64,000 nt of DNA from Dehalococcoidia bacterium. GTDB lineage: Bacteria; Chloroflexota; Dehalococcoidia; Lucifugimonadales; GCA-2712585. The stretch covers positions 1,145,549-1,209,548 of the forward strand of contig CBDDDE010000010.1 of assembly GCA_965226535.1 (NCBI GenBank). The letters run 5' to 3'. Positions within the stretch are counted from its first letter, which is position 1. Each line of letters starts with the position of its first letter. The position numbers and the translations under genes were made by a program. Below, piece by piece: positions 1 through 9,914 of the stretch. The notes below the pieces were generated by a model. That model worked only from the letters and a program-made list of their open reading frames with translations, made no database searches and was not told the origin of the DNA.

Positions 1-1119
1 CTCCATGAGGGAAAGGGTCTCCGTGGTGAGGCGCTCCCAATGTTGGGGGTCTTCCAGGATTATCTCGTCGGGGTCCCTGCCCTGTGGCAAAGGCGCTATC
101 TTCAACTTAGGGCCGCCCGCACGCACGTACATTGTGCTTCCGCGTGACCGCGACACCTCCTGTTTTTGCATTACCTTCCAAGAAGTTTCCAGGCTTCTGA
201 GAGTGGCTTCCTGGCCCGCCGCGTCCGAGTCTAGGGCTAGGACAACCTCTTTCGCCGTATCCCGCAGCAGACCGGTTTGAAAATGAGTCAAGGATGTTCC
301 CATGGAAGCTACCACGTTGGAGAAGCCGTGCTGGTGAGCCACTACGGTGTCCATGTACCCTTCCACTACCACCGCGGCTCCGCTTTCCTTTATGGCCTCC
401 TTGGCGAGATGGAAGCCAAAGAGAAGACGGCTCTTGTCAAACACAGGACCCTGGCGTGAGTTGAGGTACTTGGGGTTAGAATCATCAAGGGCGCGCCCGC
501 CGAATCCGACCATCCTTCCTTCAGGGTCCCAAATTGGAAAAATTAGCCGTCGCCTAAAGAGGTCTTGACTTGTCCCGTCCTGAGAGCGGGCCACGATACC
601 AGACAAGGCTAGTTGGCTTTCAGAATAACCTAAGGACAGCAAATTGCGCCTCAGTGAGTAACCGTCGCCGGGACTCAGGCCAATCTGGAACTTGGCGACG
701 GTGTCCGAGGTTATTCCCCGTTTCTTTATGTACGCCCGCGCTGACACGCCCTCCGGCGACGCGAGATATCGGGAAAAGAAGTGGGCTGCGGCCTCGTTGA
801 GCTTATATAGAGGGTCGTCCTTTGGGGGGGCTCTTCTTGTGGAGATTTCCGTGCCGGTGATTTTGGCCAACTCCTTCAGAGCACGACTGAAGTCCACGTT
901 CTCCCGCTGCATGTAGAAGGAAAAGGCGTCGCCGCCGATAGCGCAGGCGCCAAAACAGCGCCAAGACTGCCTATTGGGAAAAACAAAGAAGGACGGGGTT
1001 TTTTCCGTGTGGAAGGGACATAAGCCCTTGAAGCTGGCGCCGGACTGCTGCAGCGGCACGTATTGCGATACTAGATCTACAATATCCAGCTTCGCTTTTA
1101 TATCGTCGATTACTGTCAC
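1..1119 (-). CDS. dnaG: DNA primase, N-terminal 373 codons (3' end of gene lies beyond the left window edge)
   Basis: Not in the ORF track because there is no stop inside the window. Manual minus-strand translation from GTG (1117-1119) gives VTVIDDIKAKLDIVDLVSQYVPLQQSGASFKGLCPFHTEKTPSFFVFPNRQSWRCFGACAIGGDAFSF (CHC2 zinc finger). Later comes VVVEGYMDTVVAHQHG...LALDSDAAGQEAT (TOPRIM). The frame stays open to position 1. Confidence 0.9.
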   Translation of the reverse strand, partial: MTVIDDIKAKLDIVDLVSQYVPLQQSGASFKGLCPFHTEKTPSFFVFPNRQSWRCFGACAIGGDAFSFYMQRENVDFSRALKELAKITGTEISTRRAPPKDDPLYKLNEAAAHFFSRYLASPEGVSARAYIKKRGITSDTVAKFQIGLSPGDGYSLRRNLLSLGYSESQLALSGIVARSQDGTSQDLFRRRLIFPIWDPEGRMVGFGGRALDDSNPKYLNSRQGPVFDKSRLLFGFHLAKEAIKESGAAVVVEGYMDTVVAHQHGFSNVVASMGTSLTHFQTGLLRDTAKEVVLALDSDAAGQEATLRSLETSWKVMQKQEVSRSRGSTMYVRAGGPKLKIAPLPQGRDPDEIILEDPQHWERLTTETLSLME

Positions 1120-1242
1120 GTGGTCGCCTCTAGCCTGCCATGATGCTTATAGCGGGGCCACGTTGTGGAGCTAACATAATGCATATAGTACAACTAAACC
1201 TGTGGTTCTGTAAGAAGGTGCGTCCTTCTCCGGCAGATTTGC

Positions 1243-1641
1243 TCAAACCCTGGCGACGGGGCTGGTAATTGTGAGGAACCGGAGCACGTTCAAACCATCT
1301 TCAAGGGAGTAGCAAACGGTGGTAGAAGCCTTTTCAAGAAACTCAAAGCTGGGAATATCCGAGCATAGGTTCACCAGCACCACCGGTTTTCCCCATGCGT
1401 AGGCCATGCCTACCTCTGCCGAAGTGCCGATGTTTCTCCCTTCATTCTCAATTACGCAGAAGACCAGGTCGGCAGACCGCAGCAAGACCACGTCCCTGGG
1501 AAAGAATACGTCGGAGCCTTTGCCTGCGGGTCCGCCATCTTTTGTGAATTTGTACGGCCAGAGAAACTCGCAACCCTCAATCCGAGAGGCTACCCTATCA
1601 CGCCAGTCGGTGTGCATGTTCCCTGCCAAATAAATCTTCAT
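1243..1641 (-). CDS. nucleoside 2-deoxyribosyltransferase-like (YtoQ-type) protein
   Basis: ORF 1243..1749 trimmed to the internal ATG at 1641 (MKIYLAGNMHTDWRDR...), which is preceded by GGGAG. The longer form would overlap plsC. The MKIYLAG start and GTSAEVGMAYAWGKPVVLV block are typical of this family. Confidence 0.5.
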   Translation of the reverse strand: MKIYLAGNMHTDWRDRVASRIEGCEFLWPYKFTKDGGPAGKGSDVFFPRDVVLLRSADLVFCVIENEGRNIGTSAEVGMAYAWGKPVVLVNLCSDIPSFEFLEKASTTVCYSLEDGLNVLRFLTITSPVARV

Positions 1642-1651
1642 TGGGTACTCC

Positions 1652-2338
1652 CTACAATCTCGGTTGCCGATTTGGGTCCATGCTTCTTTGTCGATGAGGT
1701 GCCCTAGGGGAGTAGTGGCCGCGATACTCGGGCGGAAGAAGTTGGGCAATGCGTTCCATAATCATGTCAGTCCCTTGCCGAAGCACCGCGCGGCTCACAT
1801 TGCCCTCCATAACTGGCAAGGTAAAGGGGTTGCCTATCTTTACGCCAATTTTACAAAAGGGAAAGGCCACGCGCCACATTCCCGGAATGCCCTCGGTGCC
1901 CGTCAGCGCAACGGGAATGATGGGCGCTTGTGACTTATGGGCGAGGTAGCTGATTCCCGGTTTGCCCCGTTCCATCGAAGCAGTCTTGCTTCGCGCTCCC
2001 TCCGGAAACATGAGTATGGCTCCGCCCTCATCAAGGATGTTCAATGCCCATCTCAGGGCCTTCATGTCCTGTCCCCCTCGGCTCATTGGGTGTGCACCGA
2101 CGTTTTTGAATAAGAATGACGTAAGGGGATTGGCAAAAAGCCCCTGCTTAGCCAGGAAATTCAGCCTTCGGTTGAAGCTGGCCATGACCACCGGGGGGTC
2201 GGCGTTGCTGAGATGATTGGCAGCGACAATTAGCGGCCCTCTGGGAGGGATGGCCTCCCTGCCGCACACCTCCCATTTCGAAAACAGCGTGTACTGCACC
2301 CTGGCCAGCCCCATGGCAAAACCGTAAAATAGCGCCAT
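1652..2338 (-). CDS. plsC: 1-acyl-sn-glycerol-3-phosphate acyltransferase
   Basis: HX4D acyltransferase motif (NHLSNADPP) and FPEGARS block. Its ATG overlaps the cmk stop codon by 1 nt, which suggests an operon. Confidence 0.85.
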   Translation of the reverse strand: MALFYGFAMGLARVQYTLFSKWEVCGREAIPPRGPLIVAANHLSNADPPVVMASFNRRLNFLAKQGLFANPLTSFLFKNVGAHPMSRGGQDMKALRWALNILDEGGAILMFPEGARSKTASMERGKPGISYLAHKSQAPIIPVALTGTEGIPGMWRVAFPFCKIGVKIGNPFTLPVMEGNVSRAVLRQGTDMIMERIAQLLPPEYRGHYSPRAPHRQRSMDPNRQPRL

Positions 2339-3036
2339 TACGCCTTCTCGATTAACTCCAGGGCTCGCTGGACTACATCGTCAATGGTCATTCCTTCACT
2401 GTCGATGACGTGGGCATCGTCGGCAGGGTGCATGGGCGAATGCGCCCGTTCCGAGTCCAGCTTGTCTCGAGCCTCCAAATCTTCCAGCACTTGGGCAAAT
2501 TCCATGGGGCGTCCCATGCTGCAAAGCTCTTGGTGGCGCCTTTTTGCACGCTCCCGGCTCGACGCCTGAAAATACAGTTTTACCGGGGCGTTAGGGGTGA
2601 CTACCGTCCCAATGTCTCTACCTGTCACCACTATCCCACCCTCGGCGGCCAGCATCTGCTGCTGCTTCACCAAGGCCTCCCTGACGCCTTGGACCTTGCT
2701 TACCAGGGATATCTTCTTGTCAATCTCTGTGCGGTGCTCCTCCAAGGTCGCCGGGGTGACGCTAATAATCACGCCGGACTCCTTGTCGGACGCCTGAATG
2801 TTCGAATTCAAGGCTAGTTTAACCAGTGACTCTTCGTCCTCTAGGTCAATTCCCTGCTTCATGGCAAGCCAAGTTACGGCTCGATACATTGTCCCCGTGT
2901 CCAGGAACTTGTAGCCCAAGCGCTGGGCCAGCAATCGTCCCACCACAGTTTTGCCCGTGGCTACGGGCCCGTCTATTGCTATTACGCTGGGAATGGACAA
3001 TGGAACTGCTGCGGAGGTGATGAGGTTCGACTGCAA
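2338..3036 (-). CDS. cmk: cytidylate kinase
   Basis: IAIDGPVATGKTVVGRLLAQRLGYKFLDTGTMYRAVT P-loop and N-terminus are typical of Cmk. Length is 232 aa. Confidence 0.92.
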   Translation of the reverse strand: MQSNLITSAAVPLSIPSVIAIDGPVATGKTVVGRLLAQRLGYKFLDTGTMYRAVTWLAMKQGIDLEDEESLVKLALNSNIQASDKESGVIISVTPATLEEHRTEIDKKISLVSKVQGVREALVKQQQMLAAEGGIVVTGRDIGTVVTPNAPVKLYFQASSRERAKRRHQELCSMGRPMEFAQVLEDLEARDKLDSERAHSPMHPADDAHVIDSEGMTIDDVVQRALELIEKA

Positions 3037-3073
3037 ACTGGCACGGCCATCGTAGGCATTATATCATTCCCAC

Positions 3074-3832
3074 GTGGCAATTAGATTATCATTGCGGTCA
3101 ATTGTAGATGCCATAGGGATCAAAGCCGTGTCTAAATCCATGCCAACATACGGGCTTTTCTCCTTCCTGATTCTTTTGATCGCCACCGCCCTGTTGTCGG
3201 TTCTTGCCTCCCTTTACACGCCCTTTCCCGGCGATAGAGAGGTTTTGGAGGCCTTTCAAAGCATGGAGGCTTCATGGCTCAATGTTGCAGTACGCAGTAC
3301 AACATGGCTAGGGGGCACAGTGGCCAAAGCCGTGTCTCTAGTGGCCCTTGGGACCATCCTCTGGATGACAGGGCGTAGGCGATATGTTGTGGGTTGTGCC
3401 TTAATTGCCCTGCTGGAACTGTCTGCGTTGGGGGTCAAGGAGCTTATCGGAAGACCCAGGCCCGACTTTGCCATTTTCCCTCCCGCCGCCGGCACGGCGG
3501 CCTTTCCCAGCGGTCACGCCATACATGCATTTCTATTCTTTGGATTTCTGTTCTACTTGTGCCACGCCCACGCGCAGGCGTCAAAACTCAGATACGTTCT
3601 CCAGGGGCTTATGGTATTGTTGGCGCTGGTAATAGGCATGTCCAGGGTCTACCTGGGAGTCCATTGGCCCAGCGACGTCTTGGGCGGTTTCCTCTATGGA
3701 GGCGTATTCCTATGGGTGGTTGTGCACACGGTTAAAGGTCCTTGGCCTCGGCTCTTCTCCGCATTCTTATACGGGGTCGCCTCCAGCAGACTGTTACGAC
3801 GCCCCTCCCAATTTCCGTGCAAGAGGGGATGA
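3074..3832 (+). CDS. PAP2-family phosphatase (membrane)
   Basis: All three PAP2 motifs are present: KELIGRPRP, PSGH, SRVYLGVHWPSDV. There are multiple hydrophobic helices. An alternative start is the ATG at 3140 (MPTYGLFSF...). Confidence 0.85.
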   Translation: MAIRLSLRSIVDAIGIKAVSKSMPTYGLFSFLILLIATALLSVLASLYTPFPGDREVLEAFQSMEASWLNVAVRSTTWLGGTVAKAVSLVALGTILWMTGRRRYVVGCALIALLELSALGVKELIGRPRPDFAIFPPAAGTAAFPSGHAIHAFLFFGFLFYLCHAHAQASKLRYVLQGLMVLLALVIGMSRVYLGVHWPSDVLGGFLYGGVFLWVVVHTVKGPWPRLFSAFLYGVASSRLLRRPSQFPCKRG

Positions 3833-3947
3833 CGGGTAGAGGTGGCACGAATGGACCTACAAACAGCAATGGGCACCTATACGCCGCGCAGAGACCACCT
3901 GGGCCAAGGTGGAAAACAGCCCCTTTCGCATCTATAATTGTGCCTAA

Positions 3948-4457
3948 ATGCTTACGTCTCCCGTTCTAGTATTAAACCTTAATTACGAGCCTATCAATAT
4001 TTGTAATGCCAGACGGGCATTGTTGCTTCTGTTTAGGGGTAAGGCCGAGATTCTGGAGAACGGATGGGGACAGATCCGGAGCGAGAGAGAGATATTCGAC
4101 CTCCCCTCGATTATTCGCTTGGTTTACATGGTCAAAAAGCCCTTCGTTAAGCGTAAGTTGTCAAAGAAAGAGGTCTTCCTTAGGGACCGGCATACCTGCC
4201 AGTACTGCGGTGAGAGGAACAAGGTGCTGACCCTTGACCACGTTAGGCCCCGGCGCCAGGGTGGACAGCAGACCTGGGAAAACATTGTGAGCGCCTGCAT
4301 ACTATGTAACCACAACAAGGCGGGGCGAACTCCAAGAGAGGCGGGAATGACCCTACTGCGATTGCCCAAAGCTCCCTATCCCAGCCCCTACTACGTTCTC
4401 CATGGACGCACGATTTTAGAAGAATGGAAAAAGTTCGTCCCCTGGGAAATTGACTAG
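3948..4457 (+). CDS. HNH endonuclease family protein
   Basis: DRHTCQYCGE...LTLDHVRPRRQGG...WENIVSACILCNHNKAGRTP is an HNH / Cys-box motif. Confidence 0.85.
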   Translation: MLTSPVLVLNLNYEPINICNARRALLLLFRGKAEILENGWGQIRSEREIFDLPSIIRLVYMVKKPFVKRKLSKKEVFLRDRHTCQYCGERNKVLTLDHVRPRRQGGQQTWENIVSACILCNHNKAGRTPREAGMTLLRLPKAPYPSPYYVLHGRTILEEWKKFVPWEID

Positions 4458-4467
4458 GTCCGGCTCT

Positions 4468-5490
4468 TCAACCCGTGGTCCCGGCGGCTGGGACGGCCAG
4501 CATAAGCGCTTCAAGGCTCAGCCTTGGATTGACGTTGTGGTCTAGGGCCTGGACGGTTTTTGCGATGGCGCCTATAAAGTCCGTTATCTGCCTGGACGTA
4601 TAGGCCTGGTTCCATTCCTTCAAGTCCTTGGCGTAGTCCCGATTGAGGACCCAATCCTCCACACCTTCGCGCATGAGCATGAGGTCCCTCCACCAACTAA
4701 GCCAGATGTCCAGCACCTCCAGGGCCTCCCCTCGATCACGATAGTAGAGAGAGGCAATGTCCGAGGCAGCGTGAAAGCGGCGTTCTACGTCGGCCCCCAG
4801 CAGGCTGATTAGCCTGTCCAACTCGCTCTTGCGGCGTTCCAGTACCAGGGGGTCTTCAAGGGTTAGCAAGGCCCATCCAAGACTGCCGCGACAAAGCTGA
4901 GCCAGCAGCTCTGCATCGTTCCTCTCCACAGAACGGTTCTCCTCAAGATACCGGGTTATCTCATGCTGGGCCATGGGCTTCAGCTCAATTCTTGTGCACC
5001 TGGACTTAATGGTGGGAAGCAGCCGGTCTTCCTGGGAAGTAAGGAGAATGAGCAGGGTATCCGGTGGCGGTTCTTCCAGAGTCTTCAAGAGGGCGTTGGC
5101 TGCTTCTTCACTCATGGTTTCGGCGTCTTCAAAAATGTAGACCCTACAGGCGCCCTCATAAGGCTTTAGATGGGCCTGACTGCTAACGGACCTCACCTCT
5201 TCAATGCTTATCTCCCGACGCCGGGACGCTTTATCGTCGTCTTGATTTAGGCCAATAACCCGCACGTCGGCATGAAGCCTGCTGGTGATGCGTCGGCATT
5301 GGGTGCATTGGTGGCAGGGTGACGTGTCTTCCTTCGAGGTACAGTTAACCGCCCGGGCCAAGTCCAGGGCAAGAGTGCCCTTGCCCACATGAGGAGGTCC
5401 TACCAGCAGGTAGGCGTGGGACAATCGTCCCAACGCAAAGCTGGCCTCCAGCTGTGTTATGGCGTGGCTCTGCCCGATAACTTGCCACAT
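4468..5490 (-). CDS. holB: DNA polymerase III subunit delta prime
   Basis: HAYLLVGPPHVGKGTLALDLARAVNC, a zinc-module Cys cluster (CHQCTQC) and LLKTLEEPP. ORF 4468..5574 trimmed to MWQVIGQSHAI (ATG at 5490, AAGGGA upstream). Confidence 0.8.
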   Translation of the reverse strand: MWQVIGQSHAITQLEASFALGRLSHAYLLVGPPHVGKGTLALDLARAVNCTSKEDTSPCHQCTQCRRITSRLHADVRVIGLNQDDDKASRRREISIEEVRSVSSQAHLKPYEGACRVYIFEDAETMSEEAANALLKTLEEPPPDTLLILLTSQEDRLLPTIKSRCTRIELKPMAQHEITRYLEENRSVERNDAELLAQLCRGSLGWALLTLEDPLVLERRKSELDRLISLLGADVERRFHAASDIASLYYRDRGEALEVLDIWLSWWRDLMLMREGVEDWVLNRDYAKDLKEWNQAYTSRQITDFIGAIAKTVQALDHNVNPRLSLEALMLAVPAAGTTG

Positions 5491-5669
5491 GTCGTCATTT
5501 CCCTTGAGGAAGTCTACGCGTCCTAAAGATTGCTTACGGCTCCGCGCATTTTGATAGAAGTTGTACCTGTGCAAAGGCCCTTTGGCGCTTGGCTATCGTG
5601 GGGTTGGTCTCCACCTAGAAGCGAGATGTAGCCCCCAAGGGAGTCAGAGAGGCCCGGCTCAGTGCGTAT

Positions 5670-6983
5670 CTACCTAACGTCGAGAAGCATCTGGTCCTGG
5701 TAAGTCTCCCGGCGGCGAATGACCCGCGCTTCGCCCTTGTTGACAAGTACAATGGGCGGTTTGGGATTCAGGTTGTAGTTGCTGGCCATGGGGATGCAAT
5801 ATGCCCCGGAGGCCGGTATGGCAATCAGGTCATTGCCGCCCCTGTCAATGGGAGGCAGGAGTACATCTTTGACCAGAATATCCCCCGATTCACAGTATTT
5901 CCCAGCGATGGTTGCTACCTCGGTGCTCTTATCATTCATACGGTTGGCGATTACCGCCTCATAGGCTGCGTCGTAGAGGGCGGGCCTTATGTTGTCCCCC
6001 ATACCGCCGTCCACCGAGACATACCGGCGAATGCCTGGTATATCCTTGACTGCGCCAACGCGGTACAGGGCCACACCCGCCGGCCCGACTATGGCCCGTC
6101 CTGGCTCCACCACAAGATGTGGGAGCTCCATGCCCAATCGTTGGCATTCCTTGACCATTGTGCCCACAATGGCTTCAGCGTAGTCCCCCACGTGGGGAGG
6201 CGCTTGGTCTCTAGTGTAGGCAATAGCAAACCCGCCGCCGGGACTGAATTCCTGTAGGTTAAGACCTTCCTCTCTTAGGCCGGCGGCAAATCCTAGCACG
6301 ACCTCAACGGCCGAGCGGTACGGCTCCAACTCAAAGATGGGAGAACCCAAGTGGAAGTGGAGTCCCTTGAGGTCCAGGTGCGGGGCCGCAACGGCGCGGC
6401 GGACCGCCTCGGCGGCGTCTCCCGTCTCAATGGAGAATCCAAATTTGCTGTCCAGAACGCCGGTGGTGGTCTTGACGTGGGTGTGGGGGTCTATGCTTGG
6501 CGACACCCTCAGCAGGATCTCCTGGGTCCCACGGGTCCTGGCCGCCACCTCATCTAGCAGCGCCATCTCGTAGAAGCTGTCTACGACTATGCGCCCTATG
6601 CCCCACCGTACGGACTGCTCAAGCTCGTCTTCCAACTTGTTGTTGCCGTGAAAATATACCCTTTCTTTAGGGAAGTTCACAGCCTGGGCCACCGCCAATT
6701 CGCCTCCCGAAACGACGTCGAGGCCCAAGCCCTCGGCGGCGAAAATTTCGGCCAAGGCAGTGTTGACGTAGGCCTTGCTGGCGTAGGCCACGGTGGTGTT
6801 GGAATACCGCGTCTTGAACTCCTCCATGAAGCTTCGGCAGCGACCTCGCAGGGTCACTTCGTCAAAGATGTAAAGGGGAGTGCCGAATTGGGAGGCCAAC
6901 TCTACTGTGTCGCAGCCGCCAATGATGAGGTGACCGGAGGCGTCCACCGCCGAAGTGTCGGGGAATACGTTCTGAGGAAACAT
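5670..6983 (-). CDS. lysA: diaminopimelate decarboxylase
   Basis: YASKAY (PLP lysine), HFHLGS, EPGRAIVG and CESGD motifs. Length is 437 aa. Confidence 0.93.
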   Translation of the reverse strand: MFPQNVFPDTSAVDASGHLIIGGCDTVELASQFGTPLYIFDEVTLRGRCRSFMEEFKTRYSNTTVAYASKAYVNTALAEIFAAEGLGLDVVSGGELAVAQAVNFPKERVYFHGNNKLEDELEQSVRWGIGRIVVDSFYEMALLDEVAARTRGTQEILLRVSPSIDPHTHVKTTTGVLDSKFGFSIETGDAAEAVRRAVAAPHLDLKGLHFHLGSPIFELEPYRSAVEVVLGFAAGLREEGLNLQEFSPGGGFAIAYTRDQAPPHVGDYAEAIVGTMVKECQRLGMELPHLVVEPGRAIVGPAGVALYRVGAVKDIPGIRRYVSVDGGMGDNIRPALYDAAYEAVIANRMNDKSTEVATIAGKYCESGDILVKDVLLPPIDRGGNDLIAIPASGAYCIPMASNYNLNPKPPIVLVNKGEARVIRRRETYQDQMLLDVR

Positions 6984-7009
6984 AGATAGGTCCTCCTAAG
7001 TGTCCTCCT

Positions 7010-7039
7010 ATCTTAGGTAGGGCAATTTGCCAGTGTCAA
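7010..7039 (-). promoter_or_regulatory. candidate sigma70-type promoter for lysA
   Basis: On the minus strand: TTGACA (7039-7034), 18-nt spacer, TAAGAT (7015-7010). A short leader follows with two tandem TAGGAGGAC copies before the ATG. Confidence 0.3.
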
Positions 7040-7367
7040 GATATGGTCACGGGTCCGGAGCTGCCATCACCCGCGCCTATGGCATTGCGGGGAAAGTGGG
7101 GGTTCATGTTTTTCTTCCTGGTATGTCCGGATTGTAGGGATGGGCATGGCTGTACCGGGGCTAGTTTTCGGGGCCGTGATTGAAGTAAGGACGTTGAGGG
7201 AGTGAAGATGGTATGCTTTGAAGGATGCGCCTTAGTAGTATGTTTGTGCTATCTTGCTATGTAAGGAATGGCAGGTAGAATCGACCGAAGAAAGATGCCG
7301 TGGAGTTGATGCCGATTTCCATTGCGGTATTTGTTGGACCTGGCAATGTGATGACGCCCTTAGATAA

Positions 7368-9074
7368 TTGAGAGGGAGTAGACCAATCTCAACGCAACCT
7401 CAAGATGTTACGTATCCTAACACGCTTTATTATGGCGACAATCTGAGCGTCCTTCAGGAATACGTCGCCGACGAGTCGGTTGACCTGGTGTACTTGGACC
7501 CGCCCTTCAACTCTAACGCCAGCTACAACGTGTTGTTTCGGGAAAAGAGGGGCGAGGAGTCGCCGGCGCAGATAAAGGCTTTCACTGATACCTGGGCATG
7601 GACTGAGGAGACGGAACGTACCTACGAGTTGGGCATAATCCAGAACCCGCTGACCCCGGTGGCGGTGAAGGAGATGGTAGCCGCTTTCCGGCAATTCGTT
7701 GGCCGTAACGCCATGATGGCGTACTTGGTGATGATGGCGCCACGGCTGGTAGAGCTGCATCGGGTGTTGAAACCCACGGGCAGCTTGTATCTTCACTGCG
7801 ACCCAACAGCCGGACACTATCTCAAAATTTTACTGGACTCAGTGTTTGGCAAAGAGCAGTTTCGCACCGAGATTTCTTGGAAGCGAACCAGCGCCCACAG
7901 CGACACGCGGCAGGGCCGAAAGCAGCATGGACGCATCCATGATTTAATCCTCTTCTACTCTAAGGGAGATAGCTGGACTTGGAACCCGCTCTATACGGAG
8001 TACGACCAAGACTACATAGACGAGTTCTATCGTCATGTGGAGCCGGAAACTGGAAGGCGGTACCGACTTGACAATCTGACCGGGCCGGGTGGCGCTGACA
8101 AGGGTAATCCTTCTTATGAAGTGTTGGGAGTTACCAGGTATTGGAGATACAGCCAGGAGCGGATGGCTGAGTTGATTGATCAAGGGCGTATAGTCCAAAG
8201 TCGTCCGGGCGCTGTTCCGGCGTATAAACGGTATTTGGACGAGATGCCGGGGATTCCCCTTCAAAATTTTTGGACAGATATTGAGCCGATAGGCTCTCGC
8301 GCCAAGGAGCGCCTGGGCTACCCCACCCAGAAACCTCAAGCTCTGCTGGAGCGCATCATCCAGTCGTCTTCCAACCCCGGCGACGTGGTGCTGGACCCCT
8401 TCTGTGGCTGCGGGACCGCCGTGGCCGCCGCCCAGCAACTGAACCGTCGTTGGCTTGGCATTGACGTTACACACCTGGCCGTGGCCCTCATCAAGAATAG
8501 GTTGAAGACTGCTTTCAGTCTGGACCCGGGCCAACAATATGAGGTAGTGGGTGAACCTCGGGACGTGGGCAGCGCTCGCGCCCTATGGCAGCAGGACCCC
8601 TATCAGTTCCAGTTTTGGGCCGTTTCCCTCCTGGAAGCTCAGCCACGGCAGAAGCAGAGGCGCGGCCCCGACCGGGGTATCGACGGACTGCTGTATTTTA
8701 TTGACGGTCCGCGGCGGAAGCCTCAGAAGGTTGTTGTTCAGGTGAAGGGCGGACGGGTTTCCTCCCCACTAATACGCGACTTGAGAGGCGTGGTGGAGCG
8801 GGAAAAGGCGGCCCTGGGGTTGTTCATCACGCTGGAGGAGCCGACGCGGGACATGCGCAAGGAGGCGGCCAGTAGCGGTTTGTTTCACTCAGACCTTTGG
8901 GACCAAGATTATGCCAGAATACAGATGCGCACTATTGAAGAGATGTTAGGGGGCCGAGGGTTTGACCTGCCGCCCCGTCCGTCGGCGTACCAGCCGGCGC
9001 AGCGGATGCATCGTTCAGCGGGGGAACAGGGGATGCTGATGGAAACCGCTGAAGTGTACACGGACGGGGGTTAG
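7368..9074 (+). CDS. beta-class N6A/N4C DNA methyltransferase fused to a C-terminal Mrr-like (PD-(D/E)xK) nuclease domain
   Basis: Motif IV DPPF (7497-7508, DLVYLDPPFNSN) precedes motif I (VVLDPFCGCGTAVAAAQQLNRRWLGIDV). The C-terminus reads GPDRGIDGLLYF...KVVVQVKGGRV...LGLFITLEEPT, the Mrr_cat pattern. TTG start. Confidence 0.85.
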   Translation: MRGSRPISTQPQDVTYPNTLYYGDNLSVLQEYVADESVDLVYLDPPFNSNASYNVLFREKRGEESPAQIKAFTDTWAWTEETERTYELGIIQNPLTPVAVKEMVAAFRQFVGRNAMMAYLVMMAPRLVELHRVLKPTGSLYLHCDPTAGHYLKILLDSVFGKEQFRTEISWKRTSAHSDTRQGRKQHGRIHDLILFYSKGDSWTWNPLYTEYDQDYIDEFYRHVEPETGRRYRLDNLTGPGGADKGNPSYEVLGVTRYWRYSQERMAELIDQGRIVQSRPGAVPAYKRYLDEMPGIPLQNFWTDIEPIGSRAKERLGYPTQKPQALLERIIQSSSNPGDVVLDPFCGCGTAVAAAQQLNRRWLGIDVTHLAVALIKNRLKTAFSLDPGQQYEVVGEPRDVGSARALWQQDPYQFQFWAVSLLEAQPRQKQRRGPDRGIDGLLYFIDGPRRKPQKVVVQVKGGRVSSPLIRDLRGVVEREKAALGLFITLEEPTRDMRKEAASSGLFHSDLWDQDYARIQMRTIEEMLGGRGFDLPPRPSAYQPAQRMHRSAGEQGMLMETAEVYTDGG

Positions 9075-9245
9075 GGAATTGCCGCGTGACCGCCGCATAG
9101 GGCGAAGGGTGGTATAGGGCCAAGTTGGTGCCGGGGGTTGTGTCCTAGGTAAGGGAGAGACAGCGGCTCCGCATAGGCGCCGTTTATAGTCATATCCGCT
9201 CAACTTTGTTACCATAGTAGGACAACCTTTTGCTTCGGAGGCAAC

Positions 9246-9890
9246 ATGCCGCTGTATTACGATGGGGAAGTACAGATTTACAAGGTTCCCAATATGAGCG
9301 CTATGGGCAACAATGGGTATATCGTGAGGTGCCCCAGCACCGGCGAGGCTGTGATTATCGACGCCCCGGGGGAGCCGGAGAAGCTTCTCAGAGAGGTTGG
9401 CGACGCAAAAATCAAAGCCATTCTCATTACCCACGGCCACGGGGACCATATTGCCGGGGTGCGAGAGGTGAAGAAGGGTACCGGCAAGGAAGTGGGCATA
9501 CACCGGGAAGATGCCCCCAACCTCTCATCGGATAAGCCGGGGTTTTACCTTGAGGACGGTGATACGATTCAGGTTGGCACAGTAAATCTGCAGGTAATGT
9601 TCACACCGGGACACACTCCCGGCGGCGTCTGCCTCCTGACAGGCAAACACCTCTTTTCCGGCGATACCCTTTTCCCCGGGGGGCCCGGACGCAGCCGTTC
9701 CCCTGAAGCCTTTAAGCAGCTGGTAGACAGCATCACTTCCAGGCTTCTTGTACTGTCTGACGACACCTTTGTCTATCCCGGTCACGGCGACGATACTACT
9801 ATTGGAGCTGCTAAGAAGGAGTACGCCAACTTTACCTCGCGTCCCCATGCTGAAGACCTCCATGGCGAGATATCATGGCTGCGCAGTTAG
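9246..9890 (+). CDS. MBL-fold metallo-hydrolase (glyoxalase II-like)
   Basis: ILITHGHGDHIAG metal-binding motif. Length is 214 aa. Confidence 0.85.
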   Translation: MPLYYDGEVQIYKVPNMSAMGNNGYIVRCPSTGEAVIIDAPGEPEKLLREVGDAKIKAILITHGHGDHIAGVREVKKGTGKEVGIHREDAPNLSSDKPGFYLEDGDTIQVGTVNLQVMFTPGHTPGGVCLLTGKHLFSGDTLFPGGPGRSRSPEAFKQLVDSITSRLLVLSDDTFVYPGHGDDTTIGAAKKEYANFTSRPHAEDLHGEISWLRS

Positions 9891-9914
9891 CGGCCATTTA
9901 CTGTTGACACTCCT

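Noticed and set aside
5-1174. Six short plus-strand ORFs (60-91 aa) at the left end
   Set aside because: They are antisense to a continuous, motif-rich dnaG reading frame on the minus strand, and none shows a recognisable motif.
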